32,000 nt of DNA, from positions 55,740 to 87,739 of the forward strand of contig JAHQWL010000070.1 of the NCBI GenBank assembly GCA_029856155.1. The letters are read 5' to 3'. This document shows, one piece after another, positions 18,834 to 27,382 of the stretch. This DNA is from Promethearchaeia archaeon (GTDB lineage Archaea > Asgardarchaeota > Lokiarchaeia > Sigyniarchaeales > SOKP01). Position 1 is the stretch's first letter; each line of letters opens with the position of its first letter. The position numbers and the translations under genes are program-made. Below the pieces are notes generated by a model. The model saw nothing but the letters and a program-made list of their open reading frames with translations, had not been told where the DNA came from and did no database searches.

Positions 18834-20246
18834 TTACCTTTCACCTAAATTTCGAAACGTAGTAATTGTTTTTTGAAGTTTCTCAATTAAAACTTTTATT
18901 TCTGAGTTAAATTCTTTGAATGGTTCCAACTCCGTGTTCATTTTTTCGATTTTGTCCTCAAGATTTGTTTGAAATGAAGTATTAGAATTTTCAAACTTTT
19001 TTTCAGTATTTTGAGCTAAAGAATTTACTTGATTATTAGTAATTATTAATTCAGATTGAAGTTTTTTTATTAATTTTTCGATTTGTGAATTTATTTGCAT
19101 AGATTCTTCAACCTTTCCAGATATAGAACTACCTACCAGTTCCATCTCATTTTTAATATTTGATATGTAATCTTCGATGAGATTGTTTAGACTATCAATA
19201 AGAATGTTCTTAGTAGTAGAGATCTCTGTTATGAATTCTTTATTATTTTCAATTCGAGCATTAATATAATTAGATACACTTTTTTTAAACTCAGTTCCCG
19301 TTTCATTCAATGTCATATTGAACCAATTGGCAACTTTATTTATTCCAGATGATATTGCTTCCTTCATTTTATTTATTGACTTACTAATATATTCAGTTCC
19401 TTTAGAGGTTCCTAGATTTACATCTTTAATCCAATCTCCAATTTGAGTTTTGGTAATATTTATGAACATCTCTGAGAGTTTTTCTGTTCCTTGTTGAAAA
19501 CCTAAAACGATTGAGGTTAATTCAGGATTTTCTACAATTTCCTCTTGAACTTTCTGTGTTTCTTCTGTTTTTGGAATTTCTTGTAATTCTCCGAGAGGCT
19601 GTTCAGCAAATTCATTTATTTCCTTAATAAGAATAGGATCTTTTTTCTGAAAATCCTCTGAAAATTTTTGAACCCACTTAAAATACTCTAATGAGTTTGG
19701 AATTTCAATTTTAAATGGTACAGTATGATATTTATCAACTTTAGTATAATCATCTAATCTATAAATTTCAAATCCAAGATTCCCATCCTTCCCCATGAGT
19801 GCATGATCAAACACTATACTAAAACCATAAGGAAATTCTTCCTTTTGGAAATATTGTAAATTTACTACATCACTCTCACTGAGATATAAACCCCAAGAAG
19901 GGTGAGAATGGTAATAGCCTATTAAAGTAGATGAATATTTTTTACCGATCTCAGTAAACAAATCATAAGCATCTTTATCAAATCCAATTTCTGCTTTATC
20001 TCCATGAATTAGAGGAACGGCATTTTCTACAATGACCTTTTCTTCGATATTATCATATTTTCCTATACAGATCCCCATTACTTCTATGCTTTGTTCTAAT
20101 TTATCACTACCAAAACGTAGAACATGTGTTAGCATGTTTCTAAAAGCTTCCTTCTTAATAAATAAATCTCCCTTTTCAGATTTACTTGAACCTTTAAAAC
20201 TTTTTTGATCCGTATTTTGATTAGATTTTTTTTCAACCATTTTCAC
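18834..20246 (-). CDS. JAMM/MPN+ metalloprotease (Rpn11/CSN5/BRCC36-like) with about 270-aa C-terminal coiled-coil region
   Basis: 470-aa ORF. It has the catalytic Glu context IEVMGICIG and a complete JAMM motif YYHSHPSWGLYLSESD (HxH-x7-S-x2-D). After about aa 200 the sequence is long, heptad-like and K/E/N/I-rich. The start is GTG 20246 or ATG 20240, directly abutting the upstream stop. Confidence 0.85.
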   Translation of the reverse strand: MKMVEKKSNQNTDQKSFKGSSKSEKGDLFIKKEAFRNMLTHVLRFGSDKLEQSIEVMGICIGKYDNIEEKVIVENAVPLIHGDKAEIGFDKDAYDLFTEIGKKYSSTLIGYYHSHPSWGLYLSESDVVNLQYFQKEEFPYGFSIVFDHALMGKDGNLGFEIYRLDDYTKVDKYHTVPFKIEIPNSLEYFKWVQKFSEDFQKKDPILIKEINEFAEQPLGELQEIPKTEETQKVQEEIVENPELTSIVLGFQQGTEKLSEMFINITKTQIGDWIKDVNLGTSKGTEYISKSINKMKEAISSGINKVANWFNMTLNETGTEFKKSVSNYINARIENNKEFITEISTTKNILIDSLNNLIEDYISNIKNEMELVGSSISGKVEESMQINSQIEKLIKKLQSELIITNNQVNSLAQNTEKKFENSNTSFQTNLEDKIEKMNTELEPFKEFNSEIKVLIEKLQKTITTFRNLGER

Positions 20247-21725
20247 TCAACCCTCTCCTTTTTCTAACTTTTTTATCGTTGCTAATAAATCTTGCTTTTC
20301 TTTTCTTAAATCTGTGAGATCTTTTTGAAGTGCCCTGATTTCAACTTTTTGTGTATCAATTTTGTTTTGTAATGGTGTTTTTGAGCTCTCTAATAATATT
20401 ATAGCAGCTTTTAGATCTGATAGAAAGCTCTTAGATTCTCTATTTAAATTGATAAAATTCCCTATAATTTTATTAACATTTTTTGTAAATATTCCAGATA
20501 TATCTTCTATGACATTGTCAAATTTTTCTGGGATTATGTTTTCTATTGAATTGAGGGTTTTAGATAAATTTTTTATATTATCACTTTGCCCAACCAAACT
20601 TTTAGAAGATTCTAGAACTAAATTATTTATCGTAGTTAATTTATCTTTTTGGTTATTAAATTGATTTATAATATTATTGACATTTTCCTTTAATTTTTCT
20701 TCAACCATAGATTTAAATTGTTCATTAAGTTCAGTCTTGATATTATCAAATAGATCTTTAAAGTGTTTTTGATCAGAATCAAATTCTTCAAATTTATCAT
20801 CAATGTACATGTCCAATTCATTTAATTTTTCCTTTAAAGAAAATTTAAAATTTTTTTGAAGATTAGAAATACCCTCGCTTAACTTGTCTTTGATTGTAAT
20901 CACATCTTTTCTTATTTGCAGATTATTCTTAACAGTAGTATTTATTAAATTTTCACTCCAAGAATTAAGAAATTTGATAAATGGTACAGTAACAACTTCT
21001 AATAACTTTGTAAATTCTATATTGAGTTCAGATAAGATCTTTGCAGAATCCAATTCTGGTTTCTTTGCAAAAATTTGATTTTCACTTGGAAATGCAATAT
21101 CTCCAAAAAAATCGGGCATTTCATTAATTTCTAGTATGGGCGGTTCTTTTGAATGAACACTATTTATTAAATCGATTAATTTTACATAAAATTCAATACT
21201 ATCAGGAGGTATTACAGTTGCTTTTACCTCGTGATAACCTGACATTTGACCCTTAGCAGGATTATCTAATCGAAATGTACGAAATCCTAAATCTCCCGGT
21301 TTTTCTAAATAAACATGGTCAAAAACAATTCCTATTGCGCTAGGGTTTGGAGTCTGCCAACCAAGTTGATTACGTATATCTGTTGAAGAAAAGAAAATAT
21401 CCAATCCTGGGTGAGAATGGTACCACCCACAACTAAACCAGTTTTTTTCAGCATAAGCAGCATCAACCATAGAAAATGTGACATAATCTTCTGGGGCAAA
21501 CGCAACTTCTATTGCACCACCATGTGAAATAGGAACAACATCTTCAATTATAACATCTCTAATTCCCTTCTTATCAGGTTCACCTTCACCTAAGGACCCT
21601 ATAAGCATTCCCATTACTTCACGGTACTGCCTTTTATCTCTTTCTTTATTTCCAAAACGAAGGACATGTAGTAGCATTTTATAATAAGCTTCTGGTTTAA
21701 TAATAACAGTTTTTTCAGAAGTCAT
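20247..21725 (-). CDS. JAMM/MPN+ metalloprotease (Rpn11/CSN5-like) with about 290-aa C-terminal coiled-coil region
   Basis: 492-aa ORF with REVMGMLIG (catalytic Glu) and CGWYHSHPGLDIFFSSTDIRNQ (HxH-x7-S-x2-D). It shares HVLRFG and the PIL..EINE hinge with the 470-aa paralog. The tail is helical and ends in a clear coiled coil (VEIRALQKDLTDLRKEKQDLLATIKKLEK). Confidence 0.85.
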   Translation of the reverse strand: MTSEKTVIIKPEAYYKMLLHVLRFGNKERDKRQYREVMGMLIGSLGEGEPDKKGIRDVIIEDVVPISHGGAIEVAFAPEDYVTFSMVDAAYAEKNWFSCGWYHSHPGLDIFFSSTDIRNQLGWQTPNPSAIGIVFDHVYLEKPGDLGFRTFRLDNPAKGQMSGYHEVKATVIPPDSIEFYVKLIDLINSVHSKEPPILEINEMPDFFGDIAFPSENQIFAKKPELDSAKILSELNIEFTKLLEVVTVPFIKFLNSWSENLINTTVKNNLQIRKDVITIKDKLSEGISNLQKNFKFSLKEKLNELDMYIDDKFEEFDSDQKHFKDLFDNIKTELNEQFKSMVEEKLKENVNNIINQFNNQKDKLTTINNLVLESSKSLVGQSDNIKNLSKTLNSIENIIPEKFDNVIEDISGIFTKNVNKIIGNFINLNRESKSFLSDLKAAIILLESSKTPLQNKIDTQKVEIRALQKDLTDLRKEKQDLLATIKKLEKGEG

Positions 21726-21951
21726 TGTTCATCACGTTTTATGTTTTAGATTTAGTTTGTTAATGATCTATATATAGTTTAATTTGTTTTAAATATTTGA
21801 ATAAAAAATTGAAAATTAAAACTGAACTTTTAATTTATTCTGTATTTTGTTTTCTTTTTCAGAGTAAACTCTAATTCTCTTTCCTTATTCTCTTATCATT
21901 ATTAAATCAAATAAAAAATAAAAGCAGAATTAAATGTAATTTACTAAATCA

Positions 21952-22608
21952 TTAATCATGAGGTAATGGCTTACCACAGAAAGGACAGAATCGGAAATCT
22001 AAATCTTTACCACAATGTGGACAAAAAGAACCCTCTGTTCCTACTGGTGCTTTTTCCTCAACACCTTCTTTTGGTATTGAAGGTAACTGTCTTTTAGTTT
22101 TAAGAGTTATAGCAGATGAGGCAGCACTAGGAGTTACTTCTTGTCTTGCCTTCACTCTTTCCTTAAAAGCTTGTCTTCGTTCTTCCTCAAGTTCTTCTTG
22201 TGTTTTAGTACCTTCTGTTTTTACCCATCCTTGAACTTTGGGTCTTTTTAATTCACTTTCGGGAACCCTTTCCAATTCTACTTCTTTAGTTTCTGAAATT
22301 GGAGCAACTAATTTTCTCTCATCCTTCTTCTGTAGGGCTTGTTTTACAAGAGCTTGAGTTGTTTTCATTACTTGATGGGGATTAATATTAGGAATCGCTA
22401 CAGTTCTAAGAACCCAACCTACAATAAGATTTTGATTTGGAAAATCGCCTTCGACATCTTCATCTTTAAAAACATAAGAATCAATAATATCTTTTCCTTT
22501 TAACATGCGAACAGCCCATTTCTCATTAATTAAACCTAATTGTAGTCTGTAAGATGTTCCAGGTACGCCAAGCTGGCTCGTTAATGGTTCGAATCCTCTC
22601 TCTGTCAC
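21952..22608 (-). CDS. Hypothetical protein: about 95-aa N-terminal globular domain, charged E/K linker, C-terminal Zn-ribbon
   Basis: 218-aa ORF with a C-terminal CPHCGKDLDFRFCPFCGKPL (CxxC-x8-CxxC). The middle is E/K/R/Q-rich (TQEELEEERRQAFKERVKARQE). I recognise no family for the N-terminal domain. Confidence 0.55.
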   Translation of the reverse strand: MTERGFEPLTSQLGVPGTSYRLQLGLINEKWAVRMLKGKDIIDSYVFKDEDVEGDFPNQNLIVGWVLRTVAIPNINPHQVMKTTQALVKQALQKKDERKLVAPISETKEVELERVPESELKRPKVQGWVKTEGTKTQEELEEERRQAFKERVKARQEVTPSAASSAITLKTKRQLPSIPKEGVEEKAPVGTEGSFCPHCGKDLDFRFCPFCGKPLPHD

Positions 22609-22817
22609 TTCAAATCACTTTTTTTCCATAAATTATATGATTTCAGTAATATAATAATGATAAATTTTGAATTTATATTATTTTTTATTTATAGTAAAAA
22701 TTGGTTTTAAAGATAAAAATTTTTTTCGGATAAATTAGAGATTAAAAACACATAAATACAAAAAATTGTATTAATTTGTAAAAAGCATCCTTAAAAAAAA
22801 TGTAAAGTGTTTTTAAC

Positions 22818-23768
22818 ATGGTCGTTATAATCCCAAAGAAAGAATATTTAACTTTTGTCGCTGCTGCTGTTAGATACGCTAATGCACGTATTCCTAAGGA
22901 TGATTGGTTAGAAGTTAGTGGGGTTTTTATAGGTAAAAATGAGGGTGATAATGTCAGAATTACCACTACTTATCCAATCATGCACCAAGAGTTAGATAAA
23001 GATGCTGTAATTGATCAATATAAATGGTCTGATGAAGATTATATTGCTCTTAGTATAATTGATGACGAAGCATTTTCAGAAGGAGAATTTACAGTAGGAT
23101 GGTGGCATTCACATCCGGGATTTAAGGTAATGATGTCTCATATTGATATCCGAACAACCCTATCTTATCAGCAAAATAATCCTTTAGCTATTTCACTTGT
23201 ATTTAACCCTACGAGATTAATACGTCAAATTGAAGTAGCTAACAAGAAAGGAGATCCCGATAAACAGTTAAAAAATGATCCTGGTTTTAAAATTTATCGG
23301 TTAGATGATACAAATCAAGGATTAGAAGCATCTTATCACACTGTAGAGTATATAATAGAAGGGTATGAAAGTATGGAGCAGTTAATTACTCAAACTCAGA
23401 AATTTATTGTTGATGTAACTATTTTTTTCCCAAAGGATAATGTTCCGCAAACTTATGAAAAATTCGTTGACGATCGAATAACTCAACTGAATTCAATATT
23501 CCTTGGTACTGAAGAATATTTAACTACATTGACCAATCGTGGTGAAAAACAAAGGATCCCAGAAGTTTTAGAAAATCAAAGCAAAGAAATTAGGAAATTT
23601 GTAGCTGAAACTATTATTAAGATAGAAAATGTTAAGGAATTCATGAATTATTTAGAATATAAAGAAAGAGAAACAATAATTCCACAAATCAAGACTATAA
23701 TAAACAAGTGGGATGAACAGGTTGCTGAATTAGATAAGAAAATAAAACAACTGAAGAAGAAATTTTAA
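22818..23768 (+). CDS. JAMM/MPN+ metalloprotease with shorter C-terminal coiled-coil tail
   Basis: 316-aa ORF with LEVSGVFIG (Glu) and VGWWHSHPGFKVMMSHIDIRTT (HxH-x7-S-x2-D). The C-terminal roughly 130 aa are helical and end in QVAELDKKIKQLKKKF. Confidence 0.85.
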   Translation: MVVIIPKKEYLTFVAAAVRYANARIPKDDWLEVSGVFIGKNEGDNVRITTTYPIMHQELDKDAVIDQYKWSDEDYIALSIIDDEAFSEGEFTVGWWHSHPGFKVMMSHIDIRTTLSYQQNNPLAISLVFNPTRLIRQIEVANKKGDPDKQLKNDPGFKIYRLDDTNQGLEASYHTVEYIIEGYESMEQLITQTQKFIVDVTIFFPKDNVPQTYEKFVDDRITQLNSIFLGTEEYLTTLTNRGEKQRIPEVLENQSKEIRKFVAETIIKIENVKEFMNYLEYKERETIIPQIKTIINKWDEQVAELDKKIKQLKKKF

Positions 23769-23892
23769 CTCTAATAATTTTCATCTTATTTTTAGTTTTG
23801 ATAAATTTTTATTTGATTACGCTTTTTCTTGATTAACTACACGATTATTTTAAAAAAAAATATCAGAGAAATTTTAGTATATAGTCATTATC

Positions 23893-26097
23893 ATGAGAAA
23901 AATTAATTTTCCTTTTACAGCGATTCTTGGTCAAGAGAAAATGAAAATGGGGTTAATCTTGAACGTAATTGACCCTCAAATAGGTGGGATCTTGTTAACT
24001 GGCCAACAAGGTACTGGAAAAAGTACCGCTGTAAGATCTCTCGTAGAACTGATGCCTCAAATTGAAATTGTTGCGGGTTGTGAATTTTCATGTGACCCTA
24101 ATTCAGATATTGATGATTTATGCCAAAATTGTATAGGAAAAAAGGAAAATGAGCAAATAGTCGCAGAATTGCGTGATATGTGGCTTGTAAATCTACCTTT
24201 AGGAGTCACAGAAGATATGGTTTGTGGAAGTCTATCAATAGATAAGGTATTAACTGAGGGAATAAGAGCTTTACACCCTGGATTACTCGCGAAAGCAAAT
24301 AGAGGTATTTTATATGTAGATGAAATTAATTTACTCCAAGATCATATAGTTGATGTTCTTTTAGATTCTGCAGCGTCAGGGGTAAATATCATAGAAAGAG
24401 AAGGAATCTCTATATCTCATCCTTCAAGATTCGTTCTGGTTGGTTCAATGAATCCAGAAGAAGGTGATTTAAGGCCACAAATAGCAGATCGCTTAGGATT
24501 AGAAGTTAGAATTAAAGCCCCTAGAGACTCAGAATTAAGAGCAGAAATAACTAAAAGGGTTATAGAATTTGATGATCATCCAAAAGAATTTATTAAAAAT
24601 TTTGAAGATGAACAAGAAAAATTAAGACAACAAATCCTTAATGCTCGTGATATTTTAAAGGAAGTTCAAATCCCTAGTTCTGTATATGAATTTGTATCTA
24701 AAATTGTAAATGAGTTAGAAATCTTTTCTCAAAGAGCAGATATTACGTTTATTCGATGTGCGAGAGCTCATGCTGCTTTAAATGGTAGAAAGGATATAGT
24801 TGAAGAAGATCTTAATGTAGCTATGGATCTAGTATTCGAACATAGAATTCAATCACTTCATTATGAAATGACACCGATAGAAATAAAAGCAAAAATAGCT
24901 GAAGTATATGGCAAAATAAGAGAGGCTTATGAAAATACAAAAGTACTCCAACCTAATAGAGAAACAGAAGGCCCTTTAAAGCATTCAGATGAACATCAAA
25001 AAGAGTTCAAACGTCAATCTGTTGATCCAGATAAAGTTGATATTCCTGAGACAAGAGAACAAAAACTACCCCCGCCAAAATATCCCGATGATAAAAGAAG
25101 AAATCCTAAACCAGCGGGAGGGTGGAAGGTAAAAAATATTCCTCATATTGATGATCTTAAATTTTTCCAAGCTAAAAATGGAACGATACCTTTTATCTAT
25201 AAAATGGAAAAAAAAATGACTTCAATTCTAGATAGTATTAGAAAAGACAGGAAAATTACGGATTATGGTGGAAGAGGAATAGGGCGTCGGATTAAAATAT
25301 CTTCTTCTCAAAAAGGGAGGTATGTATCATACAGGACACCTATTCGTGAAGAACCAAGAAGTATCGCTTTAGACGCCACAATTAGGAATTATTTAAAAAA
25401 TGTTGAGTATAATGAAACTGTAATAGATTTTCCTATACACTTTAATAAGTATGATCTGATGGATAAAATCTATGAATATCGGGCCCCTTTGGTTATGTTT
25501 TTCGTATTAGATAGTTCAGCCTCGATGTACTACGTAATAAAACAAATGACCGATGTAATATTATCTCTACACCAAGAAGGATACAGAAAGAGAGATAAAA
25601 TAGCTCTAATTATATTTCGAGGTAAGGATGCTGTTGTTTTACAAAAACCTACAGTAAATTTTAAGATGGCGGTAAATAAATTGAAAAAAATAGAAGGAAA
25701 GTCTTATACGCCTATGGCTGCGGCATTGAAAAAGGTTTCAGAACTTATTAGAATTGAGCAACTAAAAAATCGGCAATCAGTTCCAGTAGCTTTCATTTTA
25801 TCTGATTGTGGTGCTAATATCTCCGTTAAATATCCGGATTTAATTGCCCAAATCGAAACGGATTATACTTTAATTACGCATGAATTAAAAGAATTAACAA
25901 AAAAATTATCAAAACAAAAAATACATATGGTAGTTCTGGAACCAAGAAAATCTTATGCAACACACGCTCTTGGAGTACACACATATTCGGCAGATAAAAT
26001 TAAAAGGAATTTTAAAAAATATGGGAATGCTGAAATTTTTAAATTTAATAAGTATGATCCTAAATCCTTAATCTTAGAATTGAAAAAAATGCTATAA
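23893..26097 (+). CDS. ChlI/ChlD (BchI/BchD)-type AAA+ ATPase fused to a C-terminal von Willebrand A domain
   Basis: 734-aa ORF. The N-terminus FPFTAILGQEKMKMGLILNVIDPQIGGILLTGQQGTGKSTAVRSL (Walker A), ILYVDEINLL (Walker B) and RFVLVGSMNPEEGDLRPQIADRLGL closely follow BchI/ChlI blocks. A Pro/Lys-rich linker (KLPPPKYPDDKRRNPKPAGG) follows. The C-terminal vWA domain has the MIDAS motif VLDSSASM plus a downstream SYTPMAAAL. Confidence 0.85.
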   Translation: MRKINFPFTAILGQEKMKMGLILNVIDPQIGGILLTGQQGTGKSTAVRSLVELMPQIEIVAGCEFSCDPNSDIDDLCQNCIGKKENEQIVAELRDMWLVNLPLGVTEDMVCGSLSIDKVLTEGIRALHPGLLAKANRGILYVDEINLLQDHIVDVLLDSAASGVNIIEREGISISHPSRFVLVGSMNPEEGDLRPQIADRLGLEVRIKAPRDSELRAEITKRVIEFDDHPKEFIKNFEDEQEKLRQQILNARDILKEVQIPSSVYEFVSKIVNELEIFSQRADITFIRCARAHAALNGRKDIVEEDLNVAMDLVFEHRIQSLHYEMTPIEIKAKIAEVYGKIREAYENTKVLQPNRETEGPLKHSDEHQKEFKRQSVDPDKVDIPETREQKLPPPKYPDDKRRNPKPAGGWKVKNIPHIDDLKFFQAKNGTIPFIYKMEKKMTSILDSIRKDRKITDYGGRGIGRRIKISSSQKGRYVSYRTPIREEPRSIALDATIRNYLKNVEYNETVIDFPIHFNKYDLMDKIYEYRAPLVMFFVLDSSASMYYVIKQMTDVILSLHQEGYRKRDKIALIIFRGKDAVVLQKPTVNFKMAVNKLKKIEGKSYTPMAAALKKVSELIRIEQLKNRQSVPVAFILSDCGANISVKYPDLIAQIETDYTLITHELKELTKKLSKQKIHMVVLEPRKSYATHALGVHTYSADKIKRNFKKYGNAEIFKFNKYDPKSLILELKKML

Positions 26098-26140
26098 TTA
26101 TTAAAAATTGCTTTAATGTTTCATTTTTATTTATTATATA

Positions 26141-27382
26141 ATGGTGAAAAATTCAAATTCAGTCTTAGTTGTTGGATTTAATATACGATCATTAGCTTAT
26201 TCCTTAAAGAAAGCGGGATATAACGTGTATGCTGTAGATTTCTTTGGTGATTTAGATCTTTATCCATATGTAGAAGATTCTATTATCGTTGTAAAAGAAT
26301 TAAGTGCTAATTATAACACAATGAAAGATACGTATGGTAAATTTCTAGTTGATTTTACGATAAGTTTACACCGTAAACATCGAGATATAAAGTTTTTATT
26401 GATTGGGAGTGGCTTAGATGATGAATATAACGGAAGAAAATTGATATTTGATGAGATTAAGAATTTTAATACGATTAGTGTCAATAATAGATTAAAAACG
26501 ATAGAGAAATCAAGAGATATTGAATATTTGTTTCATTATCTGAAATCTCAAGGTTATAAAGTGCCAAAGTATTACTCTTTTGAAAAATTTGAATTAAAAA
26601 GTAATACTTTGGACTATCCCTTTGTTTTTAAAAAAAAAAGAAGTGCTGGTGGTACGAACGTTTATAAAATTAAGGATAAAGCGAACTTAATTTCTCAAAT
26701 AGAAATTTTGGAAAATAAGTTGTTTACATCATCAGAATGGTTAGTTCAAGAATACGTTGAAGGAATTCCTATTAGTTGCACAGTGATTTCAGATGGAAAT
26801 GAGTGTGAAGTAATTACTATTAATCGTCAAATTATCGGAGAAAAGTTTCTTAATGCTCCTAAGGATTTTATGTATTGTGGCAATATCGTTCCTGCTGGAT
26901 TATCAGCTGATGAAGAAAAAATCATATCCGAGATTTCATTAATTTTAACAAAAGAATTAGGTCTAAAAGGAATTAATGGATTTGATTTTGTTTTAAAAGA
27001 TAAATATCCTTATTTAATGGAATGTAATCCAAGAATTCCTGGCTCAATTAGAGCTTCAGAATCTATTCTGAATTTGAACCTCTTAGATCTACATATAAGA
27101 TGCTTTATAAACAACAAATGGGATAATATTAAAAAATTGATTAAATCTGCGATACCTAAAAATTTTGCAACAAAATTGGTATTTTTTGCTCCAAAAAATA
27201 TAGAAAAGAGTATTTTAACAAAAATAAATAATCTTGAATTTGTACATGATAAAACCGAACTAACTAAAGATGTTTTAAGAGGTGAACCTTTATGTACGGT
27301 CTTATATGTAGCTAAAAACTACTCTAAATCTTTTAATGGAGCGAAAAAGATCATAAACAGAATTAAGAGAATTATTGGATAA
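26141..27382 (+). CDS. ATP-grasp superfamily ligase (substrate unknown)
   Basis: 413-aa ORF with an N-terminal Rossmann-like VLVVGFNIRSLAYSLKKAGYNVYAVD. The central segment is FVFKKKRSAGGTNVYKI / WLVQEYVEGIPIS. The C-terminal GINGFDFVLKDKYPYLMECNPRIPGS is typical of the ATP-grasp Mg/ATP site. Confidence 0.75.
   Translation: MVKNSNSVLVVGFNIRSLAYSLKKAGYNVYAVDFFGDLDLYPYVEDSIIVVKELSANYNTMKDTYGKFLVDFTISLHRKHRDIKFLLIGSGLDDEYNGRKLIFDEIKNFNTISVNNRLKTIEKSRDIEYLFHYLKSQGYKVPKYYSFEKFELKSNTLDYPFVFKKKRSAGGTNVYKIKDKANLISQIEILENKLFTSSEWLVQEYVEGIPISCTVISDGNECEVITINRQIIGEKFLNAPKDFMYCGNIVPAGLSADEEKIISEISLILTKELGLKGINGFDFVLKDKYPYLMECNPRIPGSIRASESILNLNLLDLHIRCFINNKWDNIKKLIKSAIPKNFATKLVFFAPKNIEKSILTKINNLEFVHDKTELTKDVLRGEPLCTVLYVAKNYSKSFNGAKKIINRIKRIIG

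Noticed and set aside
20362-21078. Two plus-strand ORFs (20362-20664, 20884-21078)
   Set aside because: Both are antisense to the coiled-coil tail of the 492-aa JAMM gene. Low-complexity repeats often leave the opposite strand open.
22586-22596. GGTTCGAATCC, the canonical tRNA T-loop sequence, suggesting a hidden tRNA
   Set aside because: The flanking bases (aatgg / cctct) do not form a 5-bp T-stem, and I could find no acceptor or anticodon stems. The sequence lies inside the 218-aa CDS (encoding RGFEP on the minus strand), so I treat it as coincidental.
22742-22966. 74-aa minus-strand ORF spanning the divergent promoter and the start of the third JAMM gene
   Set aside because: It overlaps the well-supported JAMM CDS, and its product is hydrophobic, low-complexity and without motifs.
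23893-26097. Annotating the ChlI/ChlD-type gene as a genuine magnesium chelatase for (bacterio)chlorophyll synthesis
   Set aside because: No ChlH/BchH/CobN-type subunit and no tetrapyrrole genes are in the window, and phototrophy is not expected for this kind of archaeon. Only the family-level call (AAA+-vWA of the ChlI/ChlD type) is supported.
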